NCBI GenBank assembly: GCA_963798915.1
Contig: CAWCVB010000002.1
Location: 448,001 to 512,000, forward strand
Length of the DNA stretch: 64,000 nucleotides
Direction of reading: 5' to 3'
DNA from: an uncultured Gemmatimonadales bacterium
GTDB taxonomy: Bacteria > Gemmatimonadota > Gemmatimonadetes > Gemmatimonadales > GWC2-71-9
The first letter of the stretch is position 1. Every line of letters starts with the position of its first letter. This document shows, one piece after another, positions 61,053 through 64,000 of the stretch. A program made the translations under genes and the position numbers. The notes beneath the pieces were generated by a model that did no database searches, was not told the DNA's origin, and worked only from the letters and a program-made list of their open reading frames with translations.

Positions 61053-61469
61053 CCTCTGAAAGTGCGGCTGTCAATGGGTGTACGTGCCCCTCGGACGGCC
61101 GAGCCGCCCTTGCGCTGCACCCACCGAATATGCCCACAGCTCCCTCAGATCCAAGCGCGGCACGAAGCCGGCTTCACGCGCCTCTACGGACGCCATGGTC
61201 CAGGAGCATCATGCGAAGGAGGTGGCCCATTCGGGTTACCGGGGGCACTGCCGACTACGCGCCTCTGAAAGTGCGGCTGTCAATGGGTGTACGTGCCCCT
61301 CGGACGGCCGAGCCGCCCTTGCGCTGCACCCACCGACTATGCCCACAGCTCCCTCAGATCCAAGCGCGGCACGAAGCCGGCTTCACGCGCCTCTACGGAC
61401 GCCATGGTCCAGGAGCATCATGCGAAGGAGGTGGCCCATTCGGGTTACCGGGGGCACTGCCGACTACGC
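61052..61469 (-). repeat. Direct tandem duplication (2 x 209 bp) of the IS 3' non-coding end; candidate seekRNA/bridge RNA
   Basis: 61052-61260 equals 61261-61469 except A61128 vs C61337. Confidence 0.93.
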
Positions 61470-62621
61470 AGCGGATCCCAGCGTATGCGCCGGGCGCACC
61501 TCCAGCTTGTCGTGCTGACGGAGCCACTGCTCGTAGCCCCATCCTTCCTGCCAACACCAGTACAGGTAGCAGCTCAGCTTCCGGGCCGCCGCCACCGTCG
61601 CCTTGGCCTTGCCCTTGGCTCGGAGGAGCCGTTGATACTGCTCGCCCACCGGGCCGGGCGCCAACTTCAGGCTCTGGACGATCTCGATCAGAATCCACTT
61701 GAGCCACGGACTGCCCACGCGACCCACCCCACCGTGCGTCGTCTTGCCACCGGAGCTCTGCGTGCTCGGCACCAGCCCCGCATAGGCCGCCAGCTCGTGG
61801 CTGCTCCGGAACCGCCGGATATCGCCCAGCTCCGCCAGCAGCAGCGCCGCGCCGAAGGGGCCGATGCCCGGCCAGGTCTGGAGCAACTGGGCCACGGGAT
61901 CGCCCTGCACCAGCTGCAGCACGCGCCGATCGAGACGCTTGATGCGAAGATCGAGCTGATCGACCAGCTCAAGCAGCAGGTCCACCTGGAGCCGCCCCAG
62001 CTCCGAAAGTGGCACCGTCGCCAGCCACGTCCGTCCCGCCTTGCCGTACAGGTCCGTCACGTCGGTCCGACGGTTCTCGCTCGTCAGGTGCCCGTGAATC
62101 CGATTCTTCAAGCTGGTCCGCAGGCGAACCAGGTAGGCGCGCCCCCGCAACAACTTGCGGTGCGCCCGCACCTCGGGACTCGGCACCCACACCACCGGGA
62201 GCAGGTTCGCACGTAGCAGGTCCGCCAGCTTGCGGGCATCGATCGGATCGGTCTTGGCCCGCGCCTGCCAGATCACCTTCACCTGAGACGGATGCGCGGC
62301 CACCGCGGCCATCCCCGTCGCGCTGAGCTGGTCATGCAGCCAGGCCCAGTACAGCGTCGCCTCCATCGCCACCGTCACCGGCCCGCCGAGTCCGCGGAGC
62401 CAGGCGATCACCTCCGCGGCGTCCGCCGGCAACCGGCGGTGTTCCGCCACCACGGCGCCGCCCGCATCCAGCGCACAGGCCGTGATGTAACGCTTGTGCA
62501 GATCCAACCCGACCCAGATCATCGCTGTCTCCTTGAGGGGCACTCAAGGAAGGTGCTACGCGAATCACCGGCCCACGAGGGGGCGGAGCGGTGGCCGCGC
62601 AGCGCCGCACTCTCATAAGGT
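61053..62621 (-). mobile_element. IS1111-type (IS110 family) element inserted in an attC site
   Basis: Subterminal IRs TGAGAGTGCGGC (62615-62604) / GCCGCACTTTCA (61068-61057); CG on both flanks; DEDD transposase; 3' non-coding region. Confidence 0.92.
61464..62522 (-). CDS. IS110-family DEDD transposase/recombinase
   Basis: VGLDLHK; MEAT; KTDPIDA; PGIGP; YAGLVPSTQSSGG; AARKL; AGGAG SD. Confidence 0.96.
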   Translation of the reverse strand: MIWVGLDLHKRYITACALDAGGAVVAEHRRLPADAAEVIAWLRGLGGPVTVAMEATLYWAWLHDQLSATGMAAVAAHPSQVKVIWQARAKTDPIDARKLADLLRANLLPVVWVPSPEVRAHRKLLRGRAYLVRLRTSLKNRIHGHLTSENRRTDVTDLYGKAGRTWLATVPLSELGRLQVDLLLELVDQLDLRIKRLDRRVLQLVQGDPVAQLLQTWPGIGPFGAALLLAELGDIRRFRSSHELAAYAGLVPSTQSSGGKTTHGGVGRVGSPWLKWILIEIVQSLKLAPGPVGEQYQRLLRAKGKAKATVAAARKLSCYLYWCWQEGWGYEQWLRQHDKLEVRPAHTLGSAA

Positions 62622-62637
62622 CGGGTTAGACGGCATT

Positions 62638-63261
62638 CTAGTCTTGCTCGAGTTGCCTCGACACTTTAGCGGTCCAAATGCTGTCTTCGTGCGCTGCCAA
62701 TGCCGTGTCTGGTTGATCGGCACTACGGAGCCGCTCTACTGCGGCAGCAGCGATCGCTGCTGCTTCGGACTCCTTGCAAGCGTCTCGCACGCCATACGCA
62801 TTTGCTCGAGGGGACCGTGCAATCCCATTGACAATGTCGATGGCGTCAGAGAAAGCGTGTGCCCGGCCGCGCAATGTGTCGCCTGTCCAGGCACCGCGCA
62901 CTTCCATTCCCTCGCTGAGCATGGCGGGGCGTAAGAGCAGCAAAGAGTCCGGTGTCGTGGCAAGCCAAAGCCACGCACGGTCATATTCTGGGGCCGGCGA
63001 TGACGCTTCTGCCTTCGGCTCGTCAGGAACGAACTGGATGACCCGCCAGCCGTGCCTGCCAGCAAAAGTGGAGAGCCAGGAGTCGATGGCGCTCGTCATA
63101 TTCAGGCGGCGGGAGGATCGCCAGATGTCGCCCGGCGGCGAAGGTGTCCAAGTTCCGACGCCGAGCGCGAGGCATCGCATGGCTTTCGATGTCCGAGCGG
63201 CCGACGGTGGTATTGCTGCCACGATGACGACACAGGCGCTGAACAAGATCTTACCGTTCAT
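62638..63261 (-). CDS. Secreted hypothetical cassette protein
   Basis: Starts 16 nt after attC GTTAGAC; stop 6 nt before the next GTCTAAC. Confidence 0.75.
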   Translation of the reverse strand: MNGKILFSACVVIVAAIPPSAARTSKAMRCLALGVGTWTPSPPGDIWRSSRRLNMTSAIDSWLSTFAGRHGWRVIQFVPDEPKAEASSPAPEYDRAWLWLATTPDSLLLLRPAMLSEGMEVRGAWTGDTLRGRAHAFSDAIDIVNGIARSPRANAYGVRDACKESEAAAIAAAAVERLRSADQPDTALAAHEDSIWTAKVSRQLEQD

Positions 63262-63277
63262 TGATCTCTCGAATGTC

Positions 63278-63376
63278 GTCTAACGAAAAGCAAATCAGCT
63301 GCGGGGCGGCGGCTGCAGCGTCATCGATGTCTCCAGCGGAGGCCGCCGGCCCCGCTGCTGCATTTGCCTGTTAGGC
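63278..63376 (-). repeat. Integron attC site
   Basis: GCCTAAC-AG-GCAAATGCAGCAGCGGGGCCGGCGGCC...GCCGCCGCCCCGCAGCTGATTTGC-TTTTC-GTTAGAC; close paralog of 59971-60069. Confidence 0.92.
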
Positions 63377-63385
63377 GGCATCAAA

Positions 63386-63886
63386 TCAGTAGCCCACCCA
63401 CTCTCCGACGTCCCGGGTGAGAACGCCGAGTGTGTCCAGGAGTACGGCTTCCTCGGGCGTGACTCGAAGCACGCCTTCCTGCTCGTGCGAGATGATGGCT
63501 AGCATGAGTTCCCCGTCACGCCATACAATCGGATCCTCCAGCCATCCACGCTGCATGTCCAGCTCATAGGTGAACAAGTGGTCGGGGCCGAAGGCGCGAA
63601 GTCTAGCAACGGCCTCCGCAGTCAATGTCCACACATGCACGTCGTCGCCACGATCGGAGGTAGTAGGGTTGGCCACGACTCGACGACGCTGAACACCACG
63701 GGACCACGGTGCCAGCGCAGCTTCGAACGCATCGCACGCGAGCGCTGGTGCATTCTCGATGGCGACCCTATCAACGGAAAACTCGTTTGCGCCGCGCGCG
63801 AAGCACCAGTCGAGCAACTGCCATGCTTGCTCGGCGTCGAAATCGGCTTTGAATAGATGTCGAGTGATCAGTTGCTGCTCGTGCAT
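63386..63886 (-). CDS. Hypothetical cassette protein
   Basis: MHEQQLI...WLEDPIVWRDGELMLAIISHEQEG; stop 9 nt before attC. Confidence 0.75.
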   Translation of the reverse strand: MHEQQLITRHLFKADFDAEQAWQLLDWCFARGANEFSVDRVAIENAPALACDAFEAALAPWSRGVQRRRVVANPTTSDRGDDVHVWTLTAEAVARLRAFGPDHLFTYELDMQRGWLEDPIVWRDGELMLAIISHEQEGVLRVTPEEAVLLDTLGVLTRDVGEWVGY

Positions 63887-64000
63887 CGTATGCCGCCTTG
63901 TATCTCTGAATCTGAGTTTCGCTGTAGCTTTTGAATAGGGTGGTAACCCGTTGCGCCTTTGGGCTCCGAGCCCGTTCGTTAGCCTGGGTGCCACCCGTCG

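Noticed and set aside
61078..61702. ORFs with duplicated peptide segments
   Set aside because: Artefacts of the 209-bp duplication of the IS non-coding end.
63940..63985. Possible short attC (GGCTAAC...GTTACCA)
   Set aside because: Only about 45 bp and the arms pair poorly beyond a small hairpin; the window edge prevents assessment.

Overview
GC-rich (~68%) bacterial chromosomal window. Gene content is compatible with Gemmatimonadota, but that is inference only. Bases 1-56.9 kb are mostly ordinary genes: an RND efflux operon, bcp, a TolB-like protein, two tandem signal peptidases, GT4 plus debranching enzyme, an MCP with a solute-binding protein, csp, ogt, yhaM, lemA-htpX, a response regulator/HEAT/GT2 operon, mqnD, glnA and an imuA-imuB-dnaE2-DUF72 mutagenesis operon. 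There is also a decayed IS256 and a ~600-bp intergenic region with DnaA-box-like motifs and a probable structured ncRNA. From ~56.9 kb to the right edge lies a minus-strand integron-type gene-cassette array with attC sites that decay distally; no integrase is in the window. One attC is interrupted by an IS1111-type (IS110 family) element. Its 3' non-coding end carries guide-like matches to both its attC target and its own donor junction (seekRNA/bridge-RNA-like), and that end is tandemly duplicated (2 x 209 bp, one SNP). Intergenic spaces carry many different 7-9-bp tandem repeats, often in inverted pairs. Two such tracts lie inside dnaE2, and one coincides with a frameshift that loss of one 7-bp unit would repair.
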